IMG/VR virus record: IMGVR_UViG_3300030503_000315
Location: 151,316 to 215,315 of that record
Direction: 5' to 3' (one strand)
DNA length: 64,000 nt
Of the stretch, positions 1 to 9,780 are shown piece by piece; position 1 is the first letter of the stretch; the number at the start of each line of letters is the position of its first letter. The notes beneath the pieces were generated by a model that had not been told where the DNA came from, made no database searches, and saw only the letters and a program-made list of their open reading frames with translations. The position numbers and the translations under genes are program-made.

Positions 1-1476
1 GTTCACAAGTATGGTGAACGTCTGGAAAAGGAATACGGAATTCATCGTCGTTACCTGACGAACCTGATCCCTTCGCCATGGGCTCTGAAACGTCTGAAGG
101 AAACTAATGGTGATCTGTCTGATTTCAGCGTGGTCAAGATGTACCCGTCCAAGCTGAACCAGCAGGCAATCATGAAGGTCGAACCGGGGGATGAAAACAA
201 TCAGGACATCTCATCCTTGGTTGGTAAGATCAACCTTCGTCGTATCGATGCGCACGACCAGAACGACAGCGATGCATATCTGTACTCGGGTGGCCTCTGC
301 CGCTCCAATCAGGGCATGCTCGAATTCGTGGAAATGTTCAAGGCACCTATCAAGGTTCTTCACCCGTTGCTGACGGCGACGCAGGAAGGTAACTACGTTG
401 GTACCGAAGCGCTTCCTCCTATTCCGTTCAGTGGTGTAGTAGTTGCGCACTCGAACGAAAGCGAATGGGAAACGTTCAAGAACAACAAGAACAACGAGGC
501 TTTCCTGGATCGTGTGTCCCTTGTGTCTGTACCGTATTGCAAACGCGTTGATGAAGAAATCAACATCTACAAGAAGATGCTTGGTGCTTCGTCATTGGCA
601 CAGTCGCCGATTGCACCGCAGACCTTGAAGTACCTGGCGCAATGGTCGATCTCTACACGGCTGAAGGAGCCGGAGAATTCCCTGCTGTTTTCTAAAGTCC
701 GAGTCTACAACGGTGAGAACCTCAAGGACATCGATCCGCGAGCAAAGTCGACGCGTGAGTATCGCGATCACGCAGGTGTAGCTGAGGGAATGACAGGGAT
801 GTCTACCCGCTTCGCATTCAAGATCCTGTCGAAGACATTCAACAACGATGCGGAAGAAGTTGCAGCTGATCCGCTTCAGCTGATGGTTGTCCTGCAGAAT
901 GAGATCAAGCGCGAGCAGATGTCGAAGGAACAGGAAGAGAAGTACGAGTCGTTCGTCAAGGAAATGTCGCAACGTTACCTTGAGGATCTGACGAAGGACA
1001 TCCAGAAGGCATTCATCGAGAATAGCGAAGACTATTGCCAGAACCTGTTCGAACGTTATATCCAGTTGGCAGATGCCTGGTGCCAGGATTCGACGTTCAA
1101 GGACGATAACACCGGTTCGACAATGAACAAGGCAGAGATGGATCAGGAGCTGTCGAAGATCGAAAAGCCGGCGGGTATCGCGAACCCGAAGGATTTCCGC
1201 CCTGAAGTCGTGCAGTTCGTACTGCGCGTTCAAGCTCGTAATGGTGGCAAGATGCCGCGCTGGAATTCGTATGAAAAGATGAAGCAGGTCATCGAAAGCA
1301 AGATGAGCGCTTCTCTGGACGAACTCCTCCCGGTGATCTCGTTCGAAACGAAGAAGGAAGTGAAGCTGCAGAAGGATCACGACTCGTTCGTGGAGCGTAT
1401 GGAGAAGATCGGCTACACCTCACGTCAAGTTCGTCGTGTAGTCGAATGGTTCAGCCGCGCACGCAAGGCTAACTAA
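1..1476 (+). CDS. prkA: PrkA/YeaG-family AAA+ serine kinase-like protein (5' truncated by the window edge)
   Basis: Frame is open from base 1. Motifs YSGGLCRSNQGMLEFVEMFKAPIKVLHPLLTATQEGNY and AHSNESEW...AFLDR are typical of YeaG/PrkA, and YeaH and SpoVR homologs follow. Confidence 0.93.
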   Translation, partial: VHKYGERLEKEYGIHRRYLTNLIPSPWALKRLKETNGDLSDFSVVKMYPSKLNQQAIMKVEPGDENNQDISSLVGKINLRRIDAHDQNDSDAYLYSGGLCRSNQGMLEFVEMFKAPIKVLHPLLTATQEGNYVGTEALPPIPFSGVVVAHSNESEWETFKNNKNNEAFLDRVSLVSVPYCKRVDEEINIYKKMLGASSLAQSPIAPQTLKYLAQWSISTRLKEPENSLLFSKVRVYNGENLKDIDPRAKSTREYRDHAGVAEGMTGMSTRFAFKILSKTFNNDAEEVAADPLQLMVVLQNEIKREQMSKEQEEKYESFVKEMSQRYLEDLTKDIQKAFIENSEDYCQNLFERYIQLADAWCQDSTFKDDNTGSTMNKAEMDQELSKIEKPAGIANPKDFRPEVVQFVLRVQARNGGKMPRWNSYEKMKQVIESKMSASLDELLPVISFETKKEVKLQKDHDSFVERMEKIGYTSRQVRRVVEWFSRARKAN

Positions 1477-1550
1477 GATTGTAGTTGCACCGGGTAGTTC
1501 CCCTGTAGTACCGTGTGAAGTGTAGTACGTAGTCTTGTAAGTTGTGAAGG

Positions 1551-1588
1551 GGGCAGCCTGTTTAAGTTAGGCTGCCCTTTTCCTTTTT
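1551..1588 (+). terminator. Intrinsic terminator
   Basis: Stem gggcagcct/aggctgccc followed by ttttccttttt. Confidence 0.85.
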
Positions 1589-1613
1589 GTTTTCGAATTT
1601 CATAGGTACCACC

Positions 1614-1742
1614 ATGGAAACAATTGATAAGATTTTCAATTGGATGAATCAAGACGGGGCAAGATTCGGAGTAGGAATGTGGATCATAGGTGTAGCGTTT
1701 GGTCTCTTCCTGTCCTTGATTATCAAGTGGGTCAATCCATGA
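1614..1742 (+). CDS. Small putative membrane protein (42 aa)
   Basis: ATG follows the AATTTCAT motif; hydrophobic stretch GVGMWIIGVAFGLFLSLII; stop overlaps the next ATG. Confidence 0.45.
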   Translation: METIDKIFNWMNQDGARFGVGMWIIGVAFGLFLSLIIKWVNP

Positions 1743-2032
1743 GTGTTCTTCGCAAAGAAATCTCTCGTCTGAACCATGTTATTGAGCGCACCGAGCAAGA
1801 GATGATTAATCTAGAGGAAGATTTCTGGCAGAATGGTGGCATCTGTTGTCCGGGTTGTGGTGTACCTGGATTCTCAGAGATGGAAGAGAAGCAAGAGCGT
1901 AGGAAAAAGCAACTTAGATATCTTATCAAGAAGTACGAGAAGGACAGTGGGAGGAAATATGAAGATCATCCGGAAGCTCGTAGCCTGGCCAGCCGCATAT
2001 TCAATTTTCTTCTTGGGCTTGATCCTGACTAG
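1739..2032 (+). CDS. Hypothetical protein (CCPGC motif)
   Basis: ORF track 1640..2032; the coupled ATG at 1739 is the more likely start. Confidence 0.6.
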   Translation: MSVLRKEISRLNHVIERTEQEMINLEEDFWQNGGICCPGCGVPGFSEMEEKQERRKKQLRYLIKKYEKDSGRKYEDHPEARSLASRIFNFLLGLDPD

Positions 2033-2224
2033 GTTGGGTTGGTACAAAGGTCAGTGGCATTGGTTTATGGACTTAGCGATGCATATCAGGATTGGGGTGG
2101 TTGCCCGGGTCCATGGCTTCGCACAGAAGATGTTCATAATGCACGAAAGAACAGGTGATGTAGTAAATATTTGATGGGCGGTATAAAACCGGGTGACGGG
2201 TAGATCGTCACCTCAACTGGAGGG

Positions 2225-3502
2225 TTGAAAATGTTTAGTCGGACTATTGTTGATGCACGACCACAATCGCAGTCTAAGACCTCGGCAGACCGGCAGAGGT
2301 TTGTTCGTCGGGCTAAATCTCAGATTCGTGAAGCAGTTAAGAAGGCAATCTCTACTGGCGATATCAAGTCATTGGAGAAGGGTCGCATTCGTGTTCCAGT
2401 CAAGGACATGAATGAACCCACGTTTGAGAACGACAGGGAATCCGGGTCCCGTGATCGCGTCTACACCGGGAACAAAGAATGGATTCCAGGTGACACGATT
2501 GCACGTCCTGAGGAAGGTGGAGGTAATGGTACTCAAGGATCGGATGATCCAAGCATTGGCAATGATGACTTCGCCTTCATTCTGACTCCAGAGGAATTCT
2601 ACGATATCTTGTTCGAGGATTTGGGTCTTCCTGATCTAATGAAGAAGACGATGAAGGATATCACGAAGGTCACTCGCAAACGCGCGGGCTTCGTTATCAC
2701 GGGTAATCCTTCGCAGCTGGATATTCGCCAGACTTACAAGTTCGCATTCGCACGTCACAAGGCATTGGGTCGTCCTTCGAATGTAGACATCGAAGAAGCT
2801 GAAGAGGATCTCAAGGAAGCACAGGAGTGTGGAACACAATTCGATGCAGAACTAGTTGAAGATGCATTGAAGGAAATGAAAATCGCACAGAAACGTATCC
2901 CGCTCATTGATACAATTGATCTGCGATATCGCAACTATCCACCGCGTCCTGAGCCGATCACCAAGGCAGTGATGATTTGCTGTATGGATGTTTCTGGGTC
3001 GATGGATGAGGATCGAAAGGATCTGGCAAAACGATTCTATCTCTTGCTATATGTCTGGTTGATGAAGCAGTACAATCAAAGGGTTGATATCGTGTTCATC
3101 CGTCATCACACGCGTGCGGAAGAAGTAGACGAACAAAAATTCTTCTACGATCAAGAATCAGGTGGTACAGTCGTAAGTCCAATCTTTGAACTCGCAGCTA
3201 AGATCATCAAAGATCGTTACAATCCTTCTGATTGGAACATCTACATGTGTCATGCATCTGACGGTGACAACTGGACAGATGACAACAAGAAGGTTGTCGA
3301 GGCATTGGATGGTATGGCGTCTACCTTGCAATACTTTGCATATCTTCAGGTTACGGAAGAAGACGAGGACGAAGGAGATACGTTGTGGAACGCCTATCAA
3401 AAGGTGAGTGAACGACACAACCATATTCGTATGGTGTCCGCGGATGAACCTTCGGAAATCTGGCCGGTGTTTAAAGAGTTGTTCACCAAGGATATGGCGT
3501 AA
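2225..3502 (+). CDS. yeaH: YeaH/YhbH (DUF444) vWA-domain protein
   Basis: MIDAS motif DVSGSM, plus FIRHHT, ESGGT and HASDGDNW; lies between prkA and spoVR. Confidence 0.92.
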   Translation: MKMFSRTIVDARPQSQSKTSADRQRFVRRAKSQIREAVKKAISTGDIKSLEKGRIRVPVKDMNEPTFENDRESGSRDRVYTGNKEWIPGDTIARPEEGGGNGTQGSDDPSIGNDDFAFILTPEEFYDILFEDLGLPDLMKKTMKDITKVTRKRAGFVITGNPSQLDIRQTYKFAFARHKALGRPSNVDIEEAEEDLKEAQECGTQFDAELVEDALKEMKIAQKRIPLIDTIDLRYRNYPPRPEPITKAVMICCMDVSGSMDEDRKDLAKRFYLLLYVWLMKQYNQRVDIVFIRHHTRAEEVDEQKFFYDQESGGTVVSPIFELAAKIIKDRYNPSDWNIYMCHASDGDNWTDDNKKVVEALDGMASTLQYFAYLQVTEEDEDEGDTLWNAYQKVSERHNHIRMVSADEPSEIWPVFKELFTKDMA

Positions 3503-3508
3503 GGAGAA

Positions 3509-5032
3509 TTGGAAATGAAATCCGCTATCAAGACAATCAAGCCCGATTACCTGTTCACCACTTCTGAGTGGACATTCGAGATGCTTGAGAACACCCTTCG
3601 TCTTTGTGAAGACATTGGCAAGGAAGAGCTCGGCCTCAAGCTCATGCGTAATCAGGTTGAGATCATCACCAGCGATCAAATGCTTGAAGCCTACACTTCG
3701 GTAGGAATGCCGATTCACTATCATCACTGGTCGAACGGCAAGTCGTATCTTCAGCAAAAGCAAGCGTACAAGGGCGGTAACATGGGTCTGGCTTATGAGA
3801 TCGTTATCAATAGCGATCCATGCATCGCCTACTGCATGGAAGAGAACAGCTCTGCTATGCAAACTCTCGTATTGGCCCATGCTTCGGTTGGACACAACTC
3901 AGTTTTCAACATGAATTATCTGTTCAAGCACTGGACGGATGCAACGGCTATTGTCGATTACCTGATCTTTGCGCGCAACTACATTCGTCAGTGTGAAGAG
4001 CGTTATGGTCTGGATGAAGTCGAAGAGATTCTCGACTCAGCTCATGCACTTCGCTACATGTCGTTCGATCGCCGCAAACGTCAGTCGACTTTGACGGAAG
4101 ACCAGGAACAAAAGCGTCGCATGGATTTGTTGGAAGCGCTGGAGCGTGAGCGTTCACAGTATGATGATCTCATCCCAGTGGATGAACGGGAGGATGAAGC
4201 TAAGGACAAGGATCGTGGTGATCTCAAAGAGCCGGAAGAGAACCTCCTGTATTTCCTTGAGAAGAACTCTCCTAATCTGAAGGCGTGGCAGCGTGAAATC
4301 CTTCGGATTGTACGGACAATCCAGCAGTACTTCTACCCGCAGATGCAGACGCAGGTGGTGAATGAAGGATGGGCGACATTCACTCACTACTACATTCTCA
4401 ATCGTCTGTATGAGATGGGAAAGATTACGGAAGGTGCGTTGCTTGAATGCATGACTTCGCATTCGCAGGTCCTTTTTCAACAGCCAATGAGTCCCAACCT
4501 GAATCCGTATGCACTTGGATTTTCTATCTACAAGGATATCAAACGGATGTGCGAGGAACCCACAGATGAAGATCGTGAGTGGTTCCCTAATCTGGTTGGT
4601 AAAGATTGGAAGGAAGAATGCCTGTTCGCCATGATGAACTTCAAGGACGAGTCGTTCATTCTTCAGTACCTTAGCCCAAAGGTTATGCGTGACTTCCGCA
4701 TGTTTGCCTTGACGGATGATGCAGACGAGGATCACTATCTGGTGAATAAGATTCACAACGATCCTGGGTATAAAGAGATTCGTTCGATGTTGAGTCAGCA
4801 GTATCGTATGGAAAACCGCATGCCGAACATGATGGTTGTCCGTGCAGACATGAAAGGCAATCGTCTTCTAACCGTACAGAACAAGACGCAGAATAAGATT
4901 CTTCTTAAAGACGATCCCGCGAAAGATTCTGTGCAACATCTGGCGTATCTGTGGGGATACGACGTTAGAGTGGAAACCGTGGATGAGAGTGGTAAGGTCC
5001 TGCAATACTACACAGCTGAGGTGGAGAACTAA
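3509..5032 (+). CDS. ycgB: SpoVR/YcgB-family protein
   Basis: GMPIHYHHWSNGK, LAYEIVINSDPCIAY, YFYPQMQTQVVNEGWATF. Confidence 0.93.
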   Translation: MEMKSAIKTIKPDYLFTTSEWTFEMLENTLRLCEDIGKEELGLKLMRNQVEIITSDQMLEAYTSVGMPIHYHHWSNGKSYLQQKQAYKGGNMGLAYEIVINSDPCIAYCMEENSSAMQTLVLAHASVGHNSVFNMNYLFKHWTDATAIVDYLIFARNYIRQCEERYGLDEVEEILDSAHALRYMSFDRRKRQSTLTEDQEQKRRMDLLEALERERSQYDDLIPVDEREDEAKDKDRGDLKEPEENLLYFLEKNSPNLKAWQREILRIVRTIQQYFYPQMQTQVVNEGWATFTHYYILNRLYEMGKITEGALLECMTSHSQVLFQQPMSPNLNPYALGFSIYKDIKRMCEEPTDEDREWFPNLVGKDWKEECLFAMMNFKDESFILQYLSPKVMRDFRMFALTDDADEDHYLVNKIHNDPGYKEIRSMLSQQYRMENRMPNMMVVRADMKGNRLLTVQNKTQNKILLKDDPAKDSVQHLAYLWGYDVRVETVDESGKVLQYYTAEVEN

Positions 5033-5233
5033 ATGGGACAAGAATGCAATGATATCCGATGGTCCTTGGATGATATAAAAAGAACTGTAGTGAGAATTGA
5101 AGAGAGACAAAGAGGACGAAGAGAACAGATGATGGTTAACCTACTAAAGCAGGCTGTGGATAGTAAGGTGGTGCAGGCTGCCCTAGGTGACACTTGGGTT
5201 ACTCTAGTCTGCGATTTGCTTAATACCTATTAG
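5033..5233 (+). CDS. Hypothetical protein
   Basis: ORF abuts the previous stop; GGAG ribosome-binding site upstream. Confidence 0.55.
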   Translation: MGQECNDIRWSLDDIKRTVVRIEERQRGRREQMMVNLLKQAVDSKVVQAALGDTWVTLVCDLLNTY

Positions 5234-5240
5234 GAGTAGA

Positions 5241-5792
5241 GTGATGGATGACGATTCAGGTGAAAGGAAAATAGTCTGGGGTGCGCTTCCACTAGACGAA
5301 TTCGTAATTGGTATGACCGCGGAAGAACTTGCTATCAGGAACAAGCCGAGTGCGAAGGGTCTTGCTGGTGAGGAAGCTGTGAGGATTGCCTGGCTAACCA
5401 GGGAATCTCGGTCTCAGCATGAATGGGTTGAACTGCAGAGTCCGGATTTCACAGGCAGAGTAACCTTTGATCTACACTCGCACCTGAATCGTCAGTATGA
5501 ATTCTCTCAACGAATCTTTGGTCCTGGCACAAAGACGGCGAGTGTTCTCGATCATATCAGGAAAGAATTGGTAGAGATCGAAAAGGATCCTCTTGATCTT
5601 GAAGAGTGGGTAGACGTAATTATTCTTGCATTGGATGGGGCAATGCGTACTGGTCGGACTTCACTCGAAGTCATCGAAGCATTGATTGCTAAGCAGACCA
5701 AGAACGAGAAGCGCAAGTGGCCTGACTGGAGAACGATTGATCCCGATAAGGCAATCGAGCATGACCGTAGTAAGGACGAGGAGGCTCAGTAA
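5241..5792 (+). CDS. DUF550-like dATP/dGTP pyrophosphohydrolase (MazG-like fold)
   Basis: FSQRIFGPG...VLDHIRKELVEIE...EEWVDVIILALDGAMR...KQTKNEKRKWPDWR...AIEH. Confidence 0.8.
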   Translation: MMDDDSGERKIVWGALPLDEFVIGMTAEELAIRNKPSAKGLAGEEAVRIAWLTRESRSQHEWVELQSPDFTGRVTFDLHSHLNRQYEFSQRIFGPGTKTASVLDHIRKELVEIEKDPLDLEEWVDVIILALDGAMRTGRTSLEVIEALIAKQTKNEKRKWPDWRTIDPDKAIEHDRSKDEEAQ

Positions 5793-5943
5793 TGGATTTC
5801 GATGCGATAATTAAGGATGCCAAGGAGCACATTCGTTCTTTGAAGAAAGTGTCACCTCAAATCTATCCTGAGTATTCGAGATTACGTACTGCACAGATTG
5901 ACTTCGCCAAAGCAAGGTTGGAGTTGCAGGAAGCGGAGGAGGC

Positions 5944-6348
5944 GTGGGAAAAGTTAGGAAATTGAAAGAGAAACGTTTGGCACTACGCCTCCTCGTTACT
6001 GGAGGTCGCGACTATAACGACGAAGAATTCGTTGCGCTAGTGCTTAAGCGTTACAACCGCAAAGCCAAATCCATTGGAAGAGTTCTTGTAGTCATAAATG
6101 GTGGTGCCCGCGGTTTGGATACCTTGGCCAAGAATTGGTGTTTAAAGCATGGAGTTCCTTGTATCACTATGGATGCTTCGTGGGATTACTACAGAAATTC
6201 TGCTGGACCAATTCGCAATGGTTGGATGTTAGAATTCTGTGCTCCAACACACTGCTACGTGTTCCCGGGTGGGACGGGAACAAATGACATGATGAAACAG
6301 GCTAAGGCAGACAATCTTATCATGGCAAGTCATGAAGACGAGGAATAA
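5944..6348 (+). CDS. SLOG-family (DUF2493/YspA-like) nucleotide-binding protein
   Basis: LVTGGRDY, GGARGLDTLA, AGPIRNGWML, FPGGTGTNDM. Confidence 0.85.
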   Translation: MGKVRKLKEKRLALRLLVTGGRDYNDEEFVALVLKRYNRKAKSIGRVLVVINGGARGLDTLAKNWCLKHGVPCITMDASWDYYRNSAGPIRNGWMLEFCAPTHCYVFPGGTGTNDMMKQAKADNLIMASHEDEE

Positions 6349-6349
6349 G

Positions 6350-6556
6350 ATGAGTATCGGCGTAGTACAGGAACCAGATGGGAAATACACCGTCTACATG
6401 GATGAATGTGACTACCTGCTTGGGGTAAATGCCCACAAAAAGGTGACACTAAAAGATTTGATCGATCTCGAGGGTAAGATTCATTACCTGGTTTTGAAGC
6501 ACGAGATGGGTGATAAGTTTGATACGCCGAAAGAACATGTTCCCAGAACTGATTGA
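6350..6556 (+). CDS. Hypothetical protein
   Basis: Tightly packed ORF with GAGGA upstream. Confidence 0.55.
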   Translation: MSIGVVQEPDGKYTVYMDECDYLLGVNAHKKVTLKDLIDLEGKIHYLVLKHEMGDKFDTPKEHVPRTD

Positions 6557-6734
6557 CATCCATTGGTGTATCAGTCCCACCACCGGTTTAGGAAAGGTCA
6601 GAAATACCACCAGTACCTTTGCTCGATGCATATACCAGGTGATCCTCGTTGCTATGATTCCTGAAGACACGTATGAAGAAGTAAAAGCAAGGTTGGAGAA
6701 TCCTCCTGTGAGATTTGGAGAAAGCAATGACTAA
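6537..6734 (+). CDS. Hypothetical protein
   Basis: Overlapping operon-style ORF. Confidence 0.5.
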   Translation: MFPELIDIHWCISPTTGLGKVRNTTSTFARCIYQVILVAMIPEDTYEEVKARLENPPVRFGESND

Positions 6735-6933
6735 TAGTCAGGGATTTGCACTCATTTGTTACCTCTTCCTTGTGGCTTCAATCTTAAGCTCTGGCATTGC
6801 CTTAGCCACAATAGTTAGGAACAAAGAGAAGGGGGCCATCCCAGCATCCATTGCAGTACTTTCCTATGGAACCTTCTTCCTATCCATAGCAGTAATGTTT
6901 ATGTTTCTGAAGTTAGCTAAACTTCTTGGGTAA
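6727..6933 (+). CDS. Small two-TM membrane protein
   Basis: Two hydrophobic segments; GGAG upstream. Confidence 0.6.
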   Translation: MTNSQGFALICYLFLVASILSSGIALATIVRNKEKGAIPASIAVLSYGTFFLSIAVMFMFLKLAKLLG

Positions 6934-7034
6934 GATTTGGAGATTCAAAATGAACAATCATAACATTGGCGTATTCTTCATCCCGAACTTCGGAGCCGTT
7001 GGTCCTCCTCGGCGAGTTCGGTTGGAGAATCATC

Positions 7035-7349
7035 ATGCGTCAATCGTCAAGGGCGGAGCGTCGCCATCATGTTCAACGCCTTAAACATAAACGACGTACT
7101 TATTGGGGCTATCCTAATAATTATCACGTTTCATCTTTGGATCATCCTCCTATTTCTCCCGTTGAGATGGATGCACGTCAACTGGGTCAGGTCGTTTCTA
7201 CGCCTCAGCTATGTTCATGTCTTGGTTGCGGTAATCCGCGCCATAATACTGCTGGGTGGACGCCAACTATTAAAGAGCTTCGGTGGCTCCAACAATATCG
7301 AGAACAGGTCGAAGAGACCGAGGAAGATTTAAAGGAAAAAGATGAGTGA
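7035..7349 (+). CDS. Hypothetical basic protein with a CSCxxCGNPR motif
   Basis: ATG after GGAG; Cys motif; Arg/His-rich N-terminus. Confidence 0.65.
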   Translation: MRQSSRAERRHHVQRLKHKRRTYWGYPNNYHVSSLDHPPISPVEMDARQLGQVVSTPQLCSCLGCGNPRHNTAGWTPTIKELRWLQQYREQVEETEEDLKEKDE

Positions 7350-7722
7350 GACGGATATCGTGAAAAAGAAAACAATAAGAGGGTATGAAGAATTTCAGAA
7401 CCGTATCATGACTCTTCGCAAGGTTACGTTGATCCTTGGAGATCTTGAAGGGCATGTGGCGAAATTCTTCATCAATGATACGTGGAAGACTGCGTTCCCT
7501 AGAGAGCAATATAAACTCTGCTCAATGGTAGTTGTGGCTGATCCTTATAAGGTCGATGTAGGTGTTCTCCTTCCTCTTGAAGAAGCTACTGCCTTATATG
7601 GTATCTATGAGGGATCTGGCCCATTCGTATCACAGGTCAATTATGTCTCTGCAAAGAATGGCTTCAAGCTTAAAGAGAGTGGTCAAACAACTGGTTTGCA
7701 GGAATTCATCAAAGGTAACTAA
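7342..7722 (+). CDS. Hypothetical protein
   Basis: ORF track; AAGGA upstream. Confidence 0.65.
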   Translation: MSETDIVKKKTIRGYEEFQNRIMTLRKVTLILGDLEGHVAKFFINDTWKTAFPREQYKLCSMVVVADPYKVDVGVLLPLEEATALYGIYEGSGPFVSQVNYVSAKNGFKLKESGQTTGLQEFIKGN

Positions 7723-7723
7723 C

Positions 7724-7945
7724 GTGATCCTCTTCGGTTCAGGACATTGCCGTAGTCCTTCTATAGTATCTCAGTGTCCGATGGTCTTCTGCAATTGTGA
7801 TTGTCATCGAGATGGTTCGGGTATGAAGCATTTCATGCAATGTTGTAGCATTGGTACCTGTCCTGTTTGCAACGAAGTGATGGATAAGGTCAAGTATATT
7901 TTTCCGGTCAACAAGGACGAGAATAATGAGCCTGTGGAAAAGTGA
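7724..7945 (+). CDS. Small Cys-rich protein
   Basis: CNCDCH...CC...CPVC; GTG start inferred. Confidence 0.5.
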   Translation: MILFGSGHCRSPSIVSQCPMVFCNCDCHRDGSGMKHFMQCCSIGTCPVCNEVMDKVKYIFPVNKDENNEPVEK

Positions 7946-8237
7946 TGAAGAGGAACTTGAGTTCGAACGACCCGAACCTTATGGGTGGTTCACCATCGTG
8001 TTCCCAAAGATAGATGACAGGAATACCAACATAGATGTATGGTTCAACACAGCAACAAGTTGGATCAATGGTGAGTGCATGCGTCAAACTTTCTCGTGCT
8101 TCACTCCTTCTGTTAAAAAGAAAAAGGGAATGCCCTTAGCAATCTCTCCCGTGTTCTTCTTCAAAGAATTGATGGACGCCAAGAGGTTTGAGTGGCGCTT
8201 CAGCGGTGAGATTGTCAACAATATAGTTGAACAGTAA
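7926..8237 (+). CDS. Hypothetical protein
   Basis: ORF track. Confidence 0.6.
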   Translation: MSLWKSDEEELEFERPEPYGWFTIVFPKIDDRNTNIDVWFNTATSWINGECMRQTFSCFTPSVKKKKGMPLAISPVFFFKELMDAKRFEWRFSGEIVNNIVEQ

Positions 8238-8268
8238 ATAAAGTGACACGTATAAGAGTGAGAGACAG

Positions 8269-8700
8269 ATGAGCAATATCAAAATCAGACCCCTGCAAGA
8301 CGACGACAAGCAAGTTTGGACCATGATGCTTCTCGACTACTACCCTCCCCTCAAGGACAAATTGCAGGTGAGTTGGTGGAACGCGATGCAAGGCGACGTG
8401 CAGTGGAACCTTGCCGAGCTAGATAATACGGTAGTCGGTTTCTCCGCAGTAGTCTTGCACTACACCGCGTTCTCGAGCGGAGAAATAGCTTATCTGTCTG
8501 ACCTCTATACGCATCCAAAATATCGAAGGATGGGAGTTGCGCGCGCCCTGCTTGAAGATGTGATTGCCACGTGCCGCACCCTAAAGTTGGAACGTGTTTA
8601 TTGGAACACCGAGCATGACAATCCAGCGCGAAAATTATACGACCAGTACGCTCGAGCAGACTTCACCAGGTATCATCTTGACCTTTTCGGACCAACATGA
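8269..8700 (+). CDS. GNAT-family acetyltransferase
   Basis: YLSDLYTHPKYRRMGVARALL (acetyl-CoA motif A) and DNPARKLY. Confidence 0.9.
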   Translation: MSNIKIRPLQDDDKQVWTMMLLDYYPPLKDKLQVSWWNAMQGDVQWNLAELDNTVVGFSAVVLHYTAFSSGEIAYLSDLYTHPKYRRMGVARALLEDVIATCRTLKLERVYWNTEHDNPARKLYDQYARADFTRYHLDLFGPT

Positions 8701-9059
8701 AGCTAGACATCGTTGATGCGTTGAACAGGATAGAGCAGTACAGACAGTTGAATCGCCCGGAACTAGAGGATCTTGAGTTTTACCATGATGGGGCGAAGAT
8801 TGAAATTCCGCCAAACCAATTGCGGGAATTTATATTCCTCGGTTTGAACAACACGGATTTTATCCGATGGTATTTTGGCAAGGAAGAGTTCTTTACTTCT
8901 CTTATGATCTACAAGAAAGGTGAAGATCAACCGGGTGATGAATCTATTGATAGCTGGATGGAGAAGAAGCATGGCGGAAAGAATGGAGATGGTGGTGAAG
9001 ATGCAAGTCACAGAAGCACAGGGGCTAGCACTTCAAGCAATGTTCAAGACGTGGAATAG
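8697..9059 (+). CDS. Hypothetical protein
   Basis: ATGA overlap with the GNAT stop. Confidence 0.6.
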   Translation: MKLDIVDALNRIEQYRQLNRPELEDLEFYHDGAKIEIPPNQLREFIFLGLNNTDFIRWYFGKEEFFTSLMIYKKGEDQPGDESIDSWMEKKHGGKNGDGGEDASHRSTGASTSSNVQDVE

Positions 9060-9276
9060 CTTAGCTTCGATGGGATGTTCCCGAATGGTAGCGTTCTATG
9101 TTGATGGTGATGGAAATTTCAAACCGAAGTGTGAGGTGTCGTTTTCAGAACCGGTGCAGGATCTTACACCTGAATTAGAGAAGGCCGCCATGGTTATGAG
9201 TGAGAACGATAACCCAAGGCGTGATATTCAATTTGACTTTGATCCTATTGCGTGGAATATAAACAAGGGAAAGTAA
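8983..9276 (+). CDS. Hypothetical phage protein (YVDGDGNFKP motif)
   Basis: ORF track; start uncertain. Confidence 0.6.
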   Translation: MEMVVKMQVTEAQGLALQAMFKTWNSLASMGCSRMVAFYVDGDGNFKPKCEVSFSEPVQDLTPELEKAAMVMSENDNPRRDIQFDFDPIAWNINKGK

Positions 9277-9473
9277 TGTGGATCCTCATTGTGACAATGA
9301 TGTTCGATACCTCCGGTCCTCGTCCAGACGTGAGGTTTCAGGAATTCAGTACAGAGCAGTCTTGTAAGGACGCAGCGAATTGGATTGCTACGGATATGAA
9401 GTACGAGATTTCGAATTCTAGTTACGCCAGTAGCAGCAATGTGCAATTTCACGTTCAGTGCAAAAAGAAATAG
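9276..9473 (+). CDS. Small exported protein
   Basis: Hydrophobic N-terminus, QEFSTEQSC and a terminal Cys. Confidence 0.55.
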   Translation: MWILIVTMMFDTSGPRPDVRFQEFSTEQSCKDAANWIATDMKYEISNSSYASSSNVQFHVQCKKK

Positions 9474-9478
9474 AAGAC

Positions 9479-9554
9479 GGTGAGATAGCTCAGTTGGTAG
9501 AGCACCGTGTTGATAACGCGGTGGTCGCAGGTTCGAGCCCTGCTCTCACTACCA
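9479..9554 (+). tRNA. tRNA-Ile(GAT)
   Basis: Cloverleaf GGTGAGA/TCTCACT; anticodon arm ccgtg-ttGATaa-cgcgg; GTTCGAG T-loop; encoded CCA. Confidence 0.95.
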
Positions 9555-9569
9555 GTTTTATGTTTTATA

Positions 9570-9646
9570 GGGACCGTAGCTCAGTGTGATAGAGTAGTGG
9601 CCTACGAAGCCATTGGTCGGGGGTTCGAATCCCTCCGGTCCCACCA
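9570..9646 (+). tRNA. tRNA-Arg(ACG)
   Basis: GGGACCG/CGGTCCC; gtggc-ctACGaa-gccat; GTTCGAAT; CCA. Confidence 0.95.
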
Positions 9647-9780
9647 AATGTGCAGTTTCCGGATTCTGCCAAGTGTTGATAAAGAACACATAAACAACAC
9701 CGGTTTGATTTAAGGAGATAAGATGAAAAAGATGAGCATGTATGTAACCTCCCGATCGGATAAGATCAATGGAGGTTCGA

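Noticed and set aside
592-4756. Long minus-strand ORFs (for example 592..1380, 3158..3895, 4154..4756)
   Set aside because: They overlap well-supported + strand genes and show no motifs.
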